A DNA stretch of 64,000 nucleotides, taken from NCBI RefSeq assembly GCF_009914755.1, contig NC_060933.1, one strand, 5' to 3'. Shown piece after piece: positions 1-18,390 of this stretch (its first letter is position 1; each line of letters opens with the position of its first letter). The notes under the pieces were generated by a model that worked only from the letters and a program-made list of their open reading frames with translations, was not told where the DNA came from and ran no database searches. The position numbers were made by a program, and so were the translations under genes. The stretch comes from the human T2T-CHM13v2.0 reference genome, Homo sapiens.

Positions 1-153
1 AGTTCTGCCAGCCAGCCTAGAAACATCTCACAGTATCTGGGTAATCAGAAAGAAGGGTATAGCCTCAGTTGTGGTTCCAAATTAGCCTTAGGACAGCTGC
101 TCTAGCCCTGCCCAACAACGCTGGAGATCAAGCCTGGAAAGAATCAAACTATT

Positions 154-883
154 CCGGGAGGTGGGGGGAAGCCCCCACCCGGCCAGCCGCCCCGTCCAGG
201 AGGTGGGGGGCAGCCCCCACCTGGCCAGCTGCCCCGTCCGGGAGGTGGGGGGCGGCCCCCGCCCAGCCAGCCGCCCCGTCTGGGAGGTGGGGGGCACCTC
301 TGCCCGGCTGCCCCATCTGGGAAGTGAGGAGCCCCCCTGCCCGGCCACCACCCCGTCTGGGAGGTGTACCCAACAGCTCATTGAGAACGGGCCATGATGA
401 TGATGGCGGTTTTGTCAATAGAAAGGGGGGAAGTGTGGGGAAAAGAAAGAGAGATCGGATTGTTACTGTGTCTGTGTGGAAAGAAGTAGACATAGGAGAC
501 TCCATTTTGTTCTGTACTAAGAAAAATTCTTCTGCCTTGGGATCCTGTTGATCTGTGACCTTACCCCCAACCCCGTGCTCTCTGAAACATGTGCTGTGTC
601 CACTAAGGGTTAAATGGATTAAGGGCAGTGCAAGATGTGCTTTGTTAAACAGATGCTTGAAGGCAGCATGCTCGTTAAGAGTCATCACCACTCCCTAATC
701 TCAAGTACCCAGGGACACAAACACTGTGGAAGGTGGCAGGGCTCTCTGCCTAGGAAAACCAGAGACCCTTGTTCAGATGTTTATCTGCTGACCTTCCCTC
801 CACTATTGTCCTATGACCCTGCCAAATCCCCCTCTCTGAGAAACACCCAAGAATGATCAATAAATACTAAAAAAAAAAAAAAA
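154..883 (+). mobile_element. 5'-truncated SVA retrotransposon (VNTR part + SINE-R + poly(A))
   Basis: GC-rich VNTR units (ccgggaggtgggggg...gccccgtc), then HERV-K-derived SINE-R, AATAAA 859-864 and A-tail; 16-bp TSD AAAGAATCAAACTATT at 138-153 and 884-899. Confidence 0.95.
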
Positions 884-1007
884 AAAGAATCAAACTATTG
901 GCAGGTAACTTCATTGCACGCAGAACAAGAATATTTAAAGAAAGGGGAAAATATCCAGCAAGGTTAAATTCACAATGCCTGGCATCCAATCCAAAATTAC
1001 TAGGTGT

Positions 1008-1159
1008 GGCTGGGCACGGTGGCTCAGGCCTGTAATCACAACACTTTGGGAGGCCAAGGTGGGCAGATCACTTGAGCTCAGGAGTTCAAGACCAACCTGG
1101 GCAACATGGTGAAACCACATCTCTACTAAATATACAAAAATACAAAAAAAAAAAAATAG
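1008..1159 (+). mobile_element. Alu left monomer (FLAM-like)
   Basis: Alu left-arm sequence with A-tail; direct repeat AAAATTACTAGGTG at 993-1006 and 1160-1173. Confidence 0.85.
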
Positions 1160-1201
1160 AAAATTACTAGGTGAAAAAGAAGCAGGAAAATAAGGCTCCT
1201 A

Positions 1202-1504
<303 letters not shown>

Positions 1505-2504
1505 TCACCGGCCAGCGCCCAATTCTGGTACTTGCCACAACAAGGTGATCTGGGGACCAGGTAACCATCCCCTGGTAACCCCAGTGTCCTCTATGCAGGC
1601 TGCTGGGGAAGGAGCATGAAGCCTGGTGCTGCCTGGTCCTGCTCCTTGCTGTGTCCCAGCTTCCACAGGGAAGGAGAAGGGGAACAGCTCTTAGGTCCCT
1701 ATGGCAGGCTGGGATTTTTGACTTATTAGACTTCACCTTACTTAGTGACACTGTTTAGGACTTTTGGACCACATCAGTGATCCGGGAGAAGGCATGACCA
1801 GCATTGTTATCCCCATTTTGCAGATGAGGAAATTGAGGGACCGTTGGTGATATTCCTGGCCACAGGCCACATCATTCGACGGGGCAGGGCTGAGACACAG
1901 GCTCCCAGCCAGCACTGTCCTCTGCTCCCTGGTGATTTGCAGGCATTTACAGGTGCCAGGCTCACTGCCCAGGTGTGTGAATATAAACATGACCCTTATC
2001 TGGGCTCCACACAACTCTCCTACCTGGCCTCCAGCCTCTACCCACTGACACTGAACCTTTCAATCGGCCATCAGCCTGAGACACAGATTCAACCATTCGC
2101 CCCCAAACTGGGAGTGCTTCTGGGTCCCCAGCTTCCTGTGGGCAATGTACATGGAGAGCAGAAGACATATTTTGGTGACAGATGTCAGCAAGAACACCTC
2201 ATTTCTAGAAGTAGCAGTGGCCAATAGGAGATAGACCACAGGAAGAAAAGATGAGAAAATATGGAGAGTTTTTCACCTGGTGAGACTTGGTGGGAGGTAG
2301 GAGCTGCCTCCAAGTCTAGACACTGACGATGCTCTACCCTTCCCCTCCCAACCTCTCCAGGCTCAGCGAATCACACCCCTCTCTGGCCTACATTTGGGAG
2401 CTGATGTGCAGAAAAGCAAGGACAGCAGATGCGTATTTTGGCGGCAGAGAAGAGCCTCGTGGACAGAGGCAACAATGGACAATAAGATGTGACCGAGAGG
2501 GGCT

Positions 2505-2595
2505 GGCTGGTACGAGTGCTGCGGTGTATATAACTATGGGTCACGACAGATTTCTTTGTTCTTTCCCCACTCCCACTGCTTCCTTTGACTAACTT
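2505..2595 (+). pseudogene. Y3 RNA (RNY3) retropseudogene
   Basis: ggctggtacgagtgctgcggtg...cagatttctttgttc...ccactcccactgcttc...ttgact matches hY3 with an internal deletion; short A-tail follows. Confidence 0.85.
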
Positions 2596-3130
2596 AAAAA
2601 AGAATATGGACAACAGGGAAGAAAAGTTAAGAAAAGCAGAGAGTTGATCCAGAAGGCCTGATATATACCTCTTAGGTGTGGTGCACATTAAGTGCAGAAA
2701 GTCTGAATGTGATGTCGTGGGAGGAAACTCCCAAGAGCATCGTATGAGAAACATTTCCAGAAACAGAGGCAAGAATATCCCAATTGGAAGGTCTTCCTCT
2801 CAGTGTTCAGAAAATTGGGTGAAAGTACGCCTAGCCAAAACACAGCATGCCCAGGAACTAGGGTTCTCTAAGACCCAGCCTCTAACAGTCCTGAAAGGCC
2901 TGGGTAGGTCCACTTTGACCCTGGCCCCTGGGGATCAGGCTGGGAGGTGGCTCACAGCCCAGCCTCATCTTCTGTTTGCAGACAGCAGGAACTAATGAGG
3001 CAGGAGAATAGGGAATTAGAGTCACGGGGGTTAAGGCAGAAGCAAAAGGACAGCAGGTGCAGCCAGTTCTAGGCAGCACACAGGCCACATCCTCACTCCC
3101 GTGATAACAAGACAGCAGTTTCCACTTCAG

Positions 3131-3684
<554 letters not shown>

Positions 3685-5275
3685 TCACCGAAAACGACTC
3701 AGAGAACGAAACAGCTGCACAGAACATTAGCATCCACCCCCACCCCAGAGACGGCTTCCCGGAGCTCAACAGAGGAGGGCAGGTATGCAGGTGGGAGGAA
3801 GAGGAACGTGGCCTCCCTCCATGTGGCTCCTGGTCTGAAGGCCCCAACTCAGACATCTCCAGCCTCCCATGGGGCAGCTGCCTGAGTGGCAGGTGGTGTT
3901 TGGGGCCAGGAGACCTGATTCTGCCTAGCTGGGCCTCAGTTTCCCAGGAGGCGACCTGGGCAGAGTTACACCGCCCCTCTCAGTGGCACCTGGCTTGGGA
4001 CTCCCTCCCTCCCCTCTGCTCTTCCTTCTCTTTACTCCTGGGGTCTTCCAGGAAAGTGCCGATCCCGGAGTAAGATTTGGGGGGCAGTTTCTGTGCTGGC
4101 CTCAAGCCCTCGGCTCACCCCTTCCCCAGCGGCAGAGCGAGGGCATCTGGTGCTCCAAGAAGAAGAGCTGGGCTAGGAGCTTAGTGTGTTCCCCACGTCA
4201 CGGGGCCTCTTCCACCCCCTGGCTCATGGACCCCATGTGGCTGCACTACAGAGGCCGGCCAGGCTTCCAGATGCCGGCAACTCCCCTCCCGGGACCAGCC
4301 TTCTGGAAGGGGGTGTTGAGCCCGTGAGGAGCTCCATGAGTGGGGAAGCAGGTGGGGACGGCCGTGTGCACAGCATTACTTTGGCAGCTGATGGGCGGGA
4401 GGACAGGTCCAGGCGGCCTCCAGGCACGTTCCTGTTTGTGTGACATTCACCGTGACATGCTGCATGCCGTGGCACACAGGGTCCTGTATTCAGATGAGCC
4501 AGGGCCTCGGAGGAACTCAGGCGGAGGAAAGAGCCGGAACACAAACACAGCGCGACCTTTCCCGAGAAGCAGCCCCTCCAGGAATGCGCCCCGGGCCCCC
4601 CTGCAGCGCCCTGGGCCCCCATGGCCAGGGGCAGATCCCCTCACTTCCACCATCCGTGACTCGGTTCAGTCCAGTTGAGCCCCAAAAGCCTCTGCTGAGC
4701 CCAGCCCGGAAGGGCGAGGGAGCCTCGGTGGCCAGAGAGGGCCGAGGCCTGTCAGGCTGACGGCTCCTTCGGGACAGGCACCCATCTGTGACGGGGACAT
4801 GCAGGGACCACTGTGGCTGCCCTGGCCCAAGATGCCCCAGAAGCCAGGTGGGCAGGGCCCCTTCCTCCTCCAGGATGTGGGACTGGGCTGGGTTTTGAAG
4901 GATGGCAGCGGCCAGGTGGACTCAGGGCATGGACAGGGAAGGCCACGCAGGCCTAAAACACACAGACTCAGGTGGGCGGGAACTTCAAGGTCAAATCCCC
5001 GAGCCCTCGGAGGGGGACTCAGGAAATCAGTTGCTCAGTGGGGGGCAGAGTTTGGAGCCTTGGGGCAGGAGCCGTGTCCAGCAGAGGGGCTGCTGCCCGC
5101 CATGGCTGGCCTTGCCATTGGCTTTGGCCCCGGCCCCGGGGAAGTGCAAGGCGCAGGAGAGACACCACAAGGCCCTTGGGTGTCCTTCCTGCACCTTCCT
5201 TCGGTGGCAGGCGGGTGACGCATCTATGTCACTGCATCCACGTAAGATGCTCTGTTAGAAAAAAAACAAGAAGGA

Positions 5276-5698
<423 letters not shown>

Positions 5699-5978
5699 TT
5701 AGTTACTCCCTGGCACACCTCTATCAAACTTATTTTTTCTATATCTCTTGGCTGCTACCCCTTGATTATTGCTTCCTATGAAAATAATTTTTCATAAATA
5801 GCATGGAAAGATAACTCCGCCTTCCTGCTGACGTGAGGTTCAGGTTGGTTTCTCATCATCGGTTGGGGGCTGAATGACACACGCGGCTGCCGTCATGATG
5901 TGTGTGTGGTGATGCTGCCACGGGCGTCACCCCGTAAGCAGCAGCTCCGATCAATTCTCCTTTGCGAGGTGACCACCA

Positions 5979-6225
5979 AAGGAGCGCAGAGCTGGCCGGG
6001 CATTCGTGCGTGTTCATGACCAAGAACTTTTCACAGAGAGAGAGAGGACTTCTGTCCTGATGAAGGAGCGCAGAGCTGGCCGGGGGCATTCGTACATGTT
6101 CATGACCGAGAACTTTTCACACAGAGAGAGGACTTCTGTCCTGACAAAGGAGCGCAGAGCTGGCCGGGGCATTCGTGCGTGTTCACGACCGAGAACTTTT
6201 CACAGAGAGAGGACTTCTGTCCTGA
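5979..6225. repeat. Minisatellite, 3 x ~84 bp
   Basis: Unit aaggagcgcagagctggcc...aacttttcacagagag...gacttctgtcctga starts at 5979, 6063 and 6147. Confidence 0.9.
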
Positions 6226-7599
6226 TAGACGTCGGTGAGGACTGAATCCCCACTTACAGGCGTGCACATCAGGGACTGATGGACATCGCTGAGGACCGAT
6301 CCCAGCTTACAGGCGTGCACACTGGAGGCTCGGAAGAGCTGACTGTGACTCACTTCCGGCTTCCCCCCAGGACAAAACCTGCCTCTCCTTCCAGACTCGC
6401 TGACTTCCCTTCATGTCCCGCTGTGATGTGCAGTCCAGCATCCTTGGGTCATGACACCAGCTGCACTGGCACAGGGAATGAGAGAATATTCCTGAAAATG
6501 AAGACTACCGCGGAAGGCAGGAGCTTCTAAGCTAGAGTGACTGGCAGCTTCAACAGGCCCTGCTGCACCTGAACCAGCCCGGGGCCCCCCAGTGCCGCGG
6601 AAAGAGACAGCTGTGGCAGATTTCACAAACTCATGCCCAGGGGAGCTCCCGGCTTGCTCATGGCAAGGACCACACAGGGGCATCTTAGGGTCCGCGGGAG
6701 GCAGCGGAACTGTGGAGTCCCAGGGCACATTGTCTCCAGCTTCGCCAGCTGGGCCATTGCTCTCCAACGCCAGCACCCATGGGTACTTCCTGATGCACCT
6801 CATCCTACCCACGTTACTGTCAGAGTGAGGAATGCGCTCAGCCTCAGGCCCTGAGATTGTCCTCTCCTTACTCAGCTTCTCTTTCTGTCCTTGCAGCATC
6901 CGGTTCGCCTCTTCCCCCAACTGCCTTTTCGCATCCTCTGCCTGCTCTTCCCTGCAGTTGTCTGTGTCTACATCATTGGCAGGAGTTCCTCGTGCACTCT
7001 GCATGCTGAAACCGTGCAGATGGACACATGGCAGGGCTTTCCCTCCCGTCTGGCTTGCCTCCTGCCTCTGTTAAAGACATGACGTGACTCTTCAGCAGCT
7101 TTTGAACTTGCCTCTAGGTCACAAAGGGATTGTCTCATCGTTTCTACTACATATTTTTAAAGTTTTGCTTTTCATATGAATCCTTTTAATCTGTCCGGAA
7201 TCAACTGTGTGCCGTGTGAGGTAGGAAAATAAATGGATATGTCCTTTTCGTACGGATAAAAGCTTCATTTATTCAATATTTTCCCCTCCAATGTTTTTGC
7301 TATGCCCCTTATTTTCCGATTCCATTTCCGGTCTGTTTCTGGACTCTCTCCTGTTCTGGTGATCCATCCATGCAGCCTCGTGACAACACCGCAGGCTTAA
7401 CGACAGTGGCAAAGGATGCCGAGCTCCGCCGGCCGTGTGCCCCTGCTGCGCTTCCCTGAGGCACGTGAGCTTCTCTTTGGCCTCCATCTGCAGTGTCTGT
7501 CACCTCGCCTTTCCTAATGGCGTTGAATTGCTGCTTTTCTCATTGTTTTCTTCATCAGTCTTGCCAGACGTCTACCCATTTTATTGTAGTTTCCTCTAA

Positions 7600-8049
<450 letters not shown>

Positions 8050-8401
8050 AACTTACTTTTGTATTGTATAGTAATAGATGCATCTAATGCTGTAGACTTG
8101 AAGTTTATATTTCTTTTTATGTAACACTCTGTTCATTGTTGATTCTAGTTTTATTGCCTTGTAGCTAAAAAAGGCAGGCTCCACTGTGTGGGTTCTGTGA
8201 AATTCCCCATATTGCCTGGTATGTGGCCTATTCTTTAAACCACTCTATGGGTACTTTAAATATTCTATGTGTACTTAATTCTTAATTGTTCATTGTAACA
8301 ATTATAACAATATAATTGTTTAGCTGTTGGAGCAGTGTCTTTGTACACTTTACAATTTTGGTTCCAAATCTTCAACGTTGGTGTGAACTTTTAAAATTCT
8401 T

Positions 8402-9253
<852 letters not shown>

Positions 9254-10158
9254 CCTTTATTTGTTTTGAAAATGTATTATCCCTGCCCACCCCGTTCCAG
9301 TTCCCTCTCACCATAGATCATTCTCCTGCGCTTAACGGGCATCTTTTGTTCCTATGAACACCTGCATGTGGGCACATGTGTTTTGTGTGCATTTAGCACT
9401 CTTTAAATATCCACTAAAACAGAACCTTCCTCCCCCACCATTAAAGTCTGCACCAATCGTGTTTGTACAGCCAGCAGGTAGTTTGCTTTGCTGACATTGA
9501 TCCCCCGCACCCGGTCTGCTACAGAAGTGCTAAAATTCTCCCTTTCAAACTTCCTCTGATGGAAGCCAGTGAGTGGTAGAGGCTGTCCGTTGTTTTTTAA
9601 CGTCTGAGATGTCTTTATTTTGCCTTCAATATTTTATGAAAGTTGTGCTGAGAATAACATTCACAGGTAAATGTTATTTTCCCTGGATCTGTTAAAGACG
9701 TCACTCCACTGTCTCCCAGGAGGTAGCGTTGCTGTTGAGAAGTCTGCCGTCAGCTGACATCTGCATTTTTGGTAGGTACTGTGGCTCTTCTTTCTGGTCG
9801 TTTTGACTTTTTTCTCCTCTCCTGGATGATCTGCATGTCACTGTAATATTCTAGAAGTGGATTTCTCTTGGTTTGTAATTTAGATCTGGGATCTCATGTC
9901 TTTTCAATTCCGGAGAATTCTGAGCTATTATGTTGCTTTGTTGCCAATTTAAAAATGTTTTTCTGGGGGGAGGAGCCAAGATGACCGAATAGGAACAGCT
10001 CCAGTCTATAGCTCCCAGCGTGAGCGACGCAGAAGACGGGTGATTTCTGCATTTCCATCTGAGGTACCGGGTTCATCTCACTAGGAAGTGCCAGACAGTG
10101 GGTGCAGGTCAGTGGGTGCGCGCACCGTGCACAAGGTGAAGCAGGGCGAGGCATTGCC

Positions 10159-10407
10159 TCACTGGGAAGCGCAAGAGTTCCCTTTCCTAGTGAAAGAAAG
10201 TGGTGACAGACGGCACCTGGAAAATCGGGTCACTCCCACCCGAATACTGCGCTTTTCCGACGGGCTTAAAAAACGGCGCACCACGAGATTATATCCCCCA
10301 CCTGGCTCGGAGGGTCCTACGCCCACGGAGTCTCGCTGATTGCTAGCACAGCAGTCTGAGATCAAACTGCAAGGCGGCAACGAGGCTGGGGAAGGGGCGC
10401 CCGCCAT
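10159..10407 (-). CDS. L1 antisense ORF0 homologue (82 aa)
   Basis: MAGAPSPASLPPCSLISDCCASNQRDSVGVGPSEPG... matches primate L1 ORF0; ATG at 10407-10405. Confidence 0.7.
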   Translation of the reverse strand: MAGAPSPASLPPCSLISDCCASNQRDSVGVGPSEPGGGYNLVVRRFLSPSEKRSIRVGVTRFSRCRLSPLSFTRKGNSCASQ

Positions 10408-10862
10408 TGCCCAGGCTTGCTTAGGTAAACAAAACAGCCGGGAAGCTCGAACTGGGTGGAGCCCACCACAGCTCAAGGAGGCCTGCCTGCCTCTGTAGGC
10501 TCCACCTCTGGGGGCAGGGCACAGACAAACAAAAAGACAGCAGTAACCTCTGCAGACTTAAATGTCCCTGTCTGAGAGCTTTGAAGAGAGCAGTGGTTCT
10601 CCCAGTACACAGCTGGAGATCTGAGAACGGGCAGACTGCCTCCTCAAGTGGGTCCCTGACCCCTGACCCCCGAGCAGCCTAACTGGGAGGCGCCCCCTAG
10701 CAGGGGCAGACTGACACCTCACACGGCCGGGTACTCCAACAGACCTGCAGCTGAGGGTCCTGTCTGTTAGAAGGAAAACTAACAAACAGGAAGGACATCC
10801 ACACCAAAACCCCATCTATACGTCACCATCATCAAAGACCAAAAGTAGATAAAACCACAAAG

Positions 10863-11878
10863 ATGGGGAAAAAACAGAGCAGAAAAACTGGAAACTGTAA
10901 AAAGCAGAGAGCCTCTCCTCCTCCAAAGGAACGCAGTTCCTCACCAGCAACAGAACAAAGCTGGACAGAAAATGACTTTGACGAGCTGAGAGAAGAAGCC
11001 TTCAGACGATCAAATTACTCCGAGCTACGGGAGGAAATTCAAACCAAAGGCAAAGAAGTTGAAAACTTTGAAAAAAATTTAGAAGAATGTATAACTAGAA
11101 TAACCAATACAGAGAAGTGCTTAAAGGAGCTGATGGAGCTGAAAACCAAGGCTTGAGAACTACGTGAAGAATGCAGAAACCTCAGGAGCCGATGCGATCA
11201 ACTGGAAGAAAGGGTATCAGTGATGGAAGATGAAATGAATGAAATGAAGTGAGAAGGGAAGTTTAGAGAAAAAAGAATAAAAAGAAACGAGCAAAGCCTC
11301 CAAGAAATATGGGACTATGTGAAAAGACCAAATCTACGTCTGACTGGTGTACCTGAAAGTGACGGGGAGAATGGAACCAAGTTGGAAAACACTCTGCAGG
11401 ATATTATCCAGGAGAACTTCCCCAATCTAGCAAGGCAGGCCAACATTCAGATTCATGAAATACAGAGAACGCCACAAAGATACTTCTCGAGAAGAGCAAC
11501 TCCAAGACACATAATTGTCAGATTCACCAAAGTTGAAATGAAGGAAAAAATGTTAAGGGCAGCCAGAGAGAAAGATCGGGTTACCCTCAAAAGGAGGCCC
11601 AACAGACTAACAGCAGATCTCTCGGCAGAAACTCTACAAGCCAGAAGAGAGTGGGGGCCAATATTCAACATTCTTAAAGAAAAGAATTTTCAATCCAGAA
11701 TTTCATATCCAGCCAAACTAAGCTTCATAAGTGAAGGAGAAATAAAATACTTCACAGACAAGCAAATGCTGAGAGATTTTGTCACCACCAGGCCTGCCCT
11801 AAAAGAGCTCCTGAAGGAAGTGCTAAACATGGAAAGGAACAACCGGTACCAGCCGCTGCAAAACATGCCAAAATGTAA
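10863..11878 (+). pseudogene. L1 ORF1p, disrupted
   Basis: MGKKQ...; premature TGA at 11154-11156 and about 11250; 1-nt deletion near the C-terminus. Confidence 0.92.
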
Positions 11879-11941
11879 AGACCATCGAGACTAGGAAGAA
11901 ACTGCATCAACTAACAAGCAAAATAACCAGCTAACATCATA

Positions 11942-15769
<3,828 letters not shown>

Positions 15770-15998
15770 ACAATGAGAACACATGGACACAGGAAGGGGA
15801 ACATCACACTCTGGGGACTGTCGTGGGGTGGGGGGAGGGGGAGGGTTAGCATTGGGAGATATACCTAATGCTAGATGACGAGTTAGTGGGTGCTGCACAC
15901 CAGCATGGCACATGTATACATATGTAACTAACCTGCACATTGTGCCCATGTACCCTAAAACTTAAAGTATAATAATAATTTTAAAAAAATGTTTTTCT

Positions 15999-16800
15999 TT
16001 GGGAACTCCTATTCTGTTTATATCAGAGCCTCTCAATCTATTCTCCATATATGTTACCTTTGAGTGTGTGTACGTGTGCATTTGTATATGTGTGCATGTG
16101 TGTGTATGTGTGTATGCATGTGTGTGTATATGTGTGTGTGCGTGCATGTGTGTGTATTGTGTGTGTGTGTTGTGTTTTTCAAAGCTGCTGCACTCTGGTT
16201 GGTTTCCTCCACTCCATTTTATTGCTAGATACAGGCTGGAGTCTCTGAATCTATTTGTAACACCTCAGTTTCTCTTTTGAATTTTTCTTTCTTCATTGAC
16301 TATGTTAGTACTATCTTCCAGGACACTAAGTCTCTTTTCTACTATGTCAAGTCTGGAATTTATCCTATCTATTGTGTTTTTTATTCACTCTACTCTTCAT
16401 CTTCAAAATTTATAATTATTTCTACTTTCTCTCTCCTTATTTCTTTATATTCTGGCCACTTCTAATTTTATACTACTTTTTTAAAAAAAGTCTGGTGTAA
16501 GTTCCTGTACCAATTGCTCATTTTTAGCCTGCCTTTCTTAGTGTGGTGTTTCCTTGGGTAATTTGGAAACTGGCCTTGCTTATTTCAAGGTGAGGATATT
16601 GTGTCTCTGCATTTCTGCCTTTCTCTGCCATCTTGTTGTCATTGTCCTCTGTCTAGCAGTGTTTTGTAGCCTCTGCTCCCATCCTGGGTCCCAGGCTTCT
16701 GCTCTGCAGTGATGCAGAGCATGTCACAGATAAAGTCATCCTTTCCGAGGACGGCTTGTCTCAGCTTCTGCCCTTGAGGCTGTGTTGATGTCCTCTTGCC
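15999..16800 (-). mobile_element. Old L1 (L1M-type) ORF1-region fragment, continued on the other side of the young L1
   Basis: Minus-strand translation ...MENRLRGSDINRIGVPKE resembles ORF1p KRPNLRLIGVPE; left flank ~9895-9930 gives IIAQNSPEL (compare IIQENFPNL). Confidence 0.6.
16064..16175. repeat. Imperfect (TG)n microsatellite
   Basis: Alternating TG/TA/CA run. Confidence 0.9.
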
Positions 16801-17631
16801 TTCCTATGCCCACAGTGCTCCACTAAGTTATACGAAGTTACAGCTCTGGGATGTATCAAGGAGGGTTTCTCAGCCTCCTTTCTGGAGTCAGGGAAGACAC
16901 ACCCATCACTCCCAGGAGGTGGATCTAGGCCCTCTCTGCCTGCCTTGGGACTTGGAGCTGACAGGCCCCTGCCTCTGCCCCATCACCAGCCTGTGCTTCT
17001 CCTCCATTCCTTGTTTTATGTGAGTGTGTGTGTTTGTGCATGTGTGTGCATGTATATATGTACACACCTGCATACACACACACACACCTGTCTTGGTCTT
17101 CTGTCTGTCTGACCTATTGCTGCTCTGTGTGTGGAGCAGAGAGGGTCCTTACTGCACACCTTGCTCAGGACAGTGGACACCGTCCTTAAATGCACACGGT
17201 ATCGTGTTCACACAGGAGGGTCCCTTTTTTTCCATGATGAATCTGAGGCCAAGTAACCTGCCCAGAAATGCAGGAAGCTCAGCCGAGCCCCAAGCCCACG
17301 ACCCTCGGACTCCAACCCCAAACCCCCTTGACGGTGTGCACGTCAGCCCGTGTGGGATGGCTGGGGGGCGCCTGTTACTGCCGCACATGTCCCCAGGAGG
17401 CCTGCACGCCCTTCACTCCCTTCAGTTTCCTCCCAGGTGAAATCTGCAAACCCGCTCCTCTGGACCTGGTCCTGTCCGGATGATCCTCTGGAATTAACAA
17501 GCTGTTATTCACCAGCCTCCAGCAACAATGGCACGTTACCTGCTCCATTGCAGAACTGGCCGTGGTTTACATCCAGGAAGGGATTGGTCAGTCACCTGTG
17601 CCAGGTCCCCGGGGGATCCTGAGCCCAGCGG

Positions 17632-17637
17632 TATAAA
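17632..17637 (+). promoter_or_regulatory. TATA box of LCN1-type promoter
   Basis: TATAAA 85 nt upstream of the LCN1-like ATG. Confidence 0.75.
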
Positions 17638-17716
17638 GGGTGGCTGTGGGAGTGGCACACCCTCTCCCAGCCCCAGCAAGCAAACCGTCAGGCGGCCGTG
17701 GACTCAGATCCCGGAG

Positions 17717-18390
17717 ATGAAGCCCCTGCTCCTGGCCGTCAGCCTCGGCCTCATTGCTGCCCTGCAGGCCCACCACCTCCTGGCCTCAGACGAGGAGATT
17801 CAGGATGTGAGGCTTGGATGGGAAGGCTGGGCTGGAGGGGCCACGGGGCGAGGCTGAGACTGCTGGATGAAGACCCCATGCCTCCCCCATCCAAGGAGAC
17901 CCTCATTTTCGGGTTGGGCGTAAAAGCCCTGCCCTGAAAGATGGTGAGATGGGACAGCAGGAGTCTGGGCTGGGAGGGGGCCGGGGTGCAGAAGGGCAGA
18001 GCTGGGAAGGTGGGGGTCTGGCTGACTTCACTTCTCTCCTGGGGGTGAGGGCTCCTGTGGTCCTGGCCAACTTGTGGGGGCTGGAGCCACCTTCGGGTGG
18101 ACCTGGCGAGGGTGCTGGGTGTTTTCTGGGTGGATTAGATTGGGGAATGTTCCCCGTCTCCAGCCTTTGGGGTGCGGTAGAGTCTGGGGGCTGCAGGCCA
18201 GGGAAGGGGGAGGCTCTGGAGCGGTCGGCCTGAGCCTGATAGAGAGGGGCCTTCTCCAGGTGTCAGGGACGTGGTATCTGAAGGCCATGACGGTGGACAG
18301 GGAGTTCCCTGAGATGAATCTGGAATCGGTGACACCCATGACCCTCACGACCCTGGAAGGGGGCAACCTGGAAGCCAAGGTCACCATGCT
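17717..18390 (+). pseudogene. LCN1P2: Truncated tear lipocalin (LCN1) duplicate, exons 1-2 only
   Basis: Exon 1 17717-17806 [30 protein letters not shown]; exon 2 18260-18390 [43 protein letters not shown] (GTW lipocalin motif); GT-AG intron; no exon 3 seen downstream. Confidence 0.88.

Noticed and set aside
69-691. 160-180 aa ORFs on both strands
   Set aside because: SVA VNTR/SINE-R-derived frames
3983-5260. GC-rich non-repeat block with many overlapping ORFs
   Set aside because: No recognisable protein or consistent exon structure; may be duplicated or regulatory sequence but cannot be supported without a search
5979-6321. Repeat array considered as CRISPR-like
   Set aside because: No unique spacers, human context and no cas genes
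16829-16840. TATACGAAGTTA, matching 12/13 of a loxP arm
   Set aside because: No inverted partner arm 8 bp away; a chance half-site, not an engineered scar
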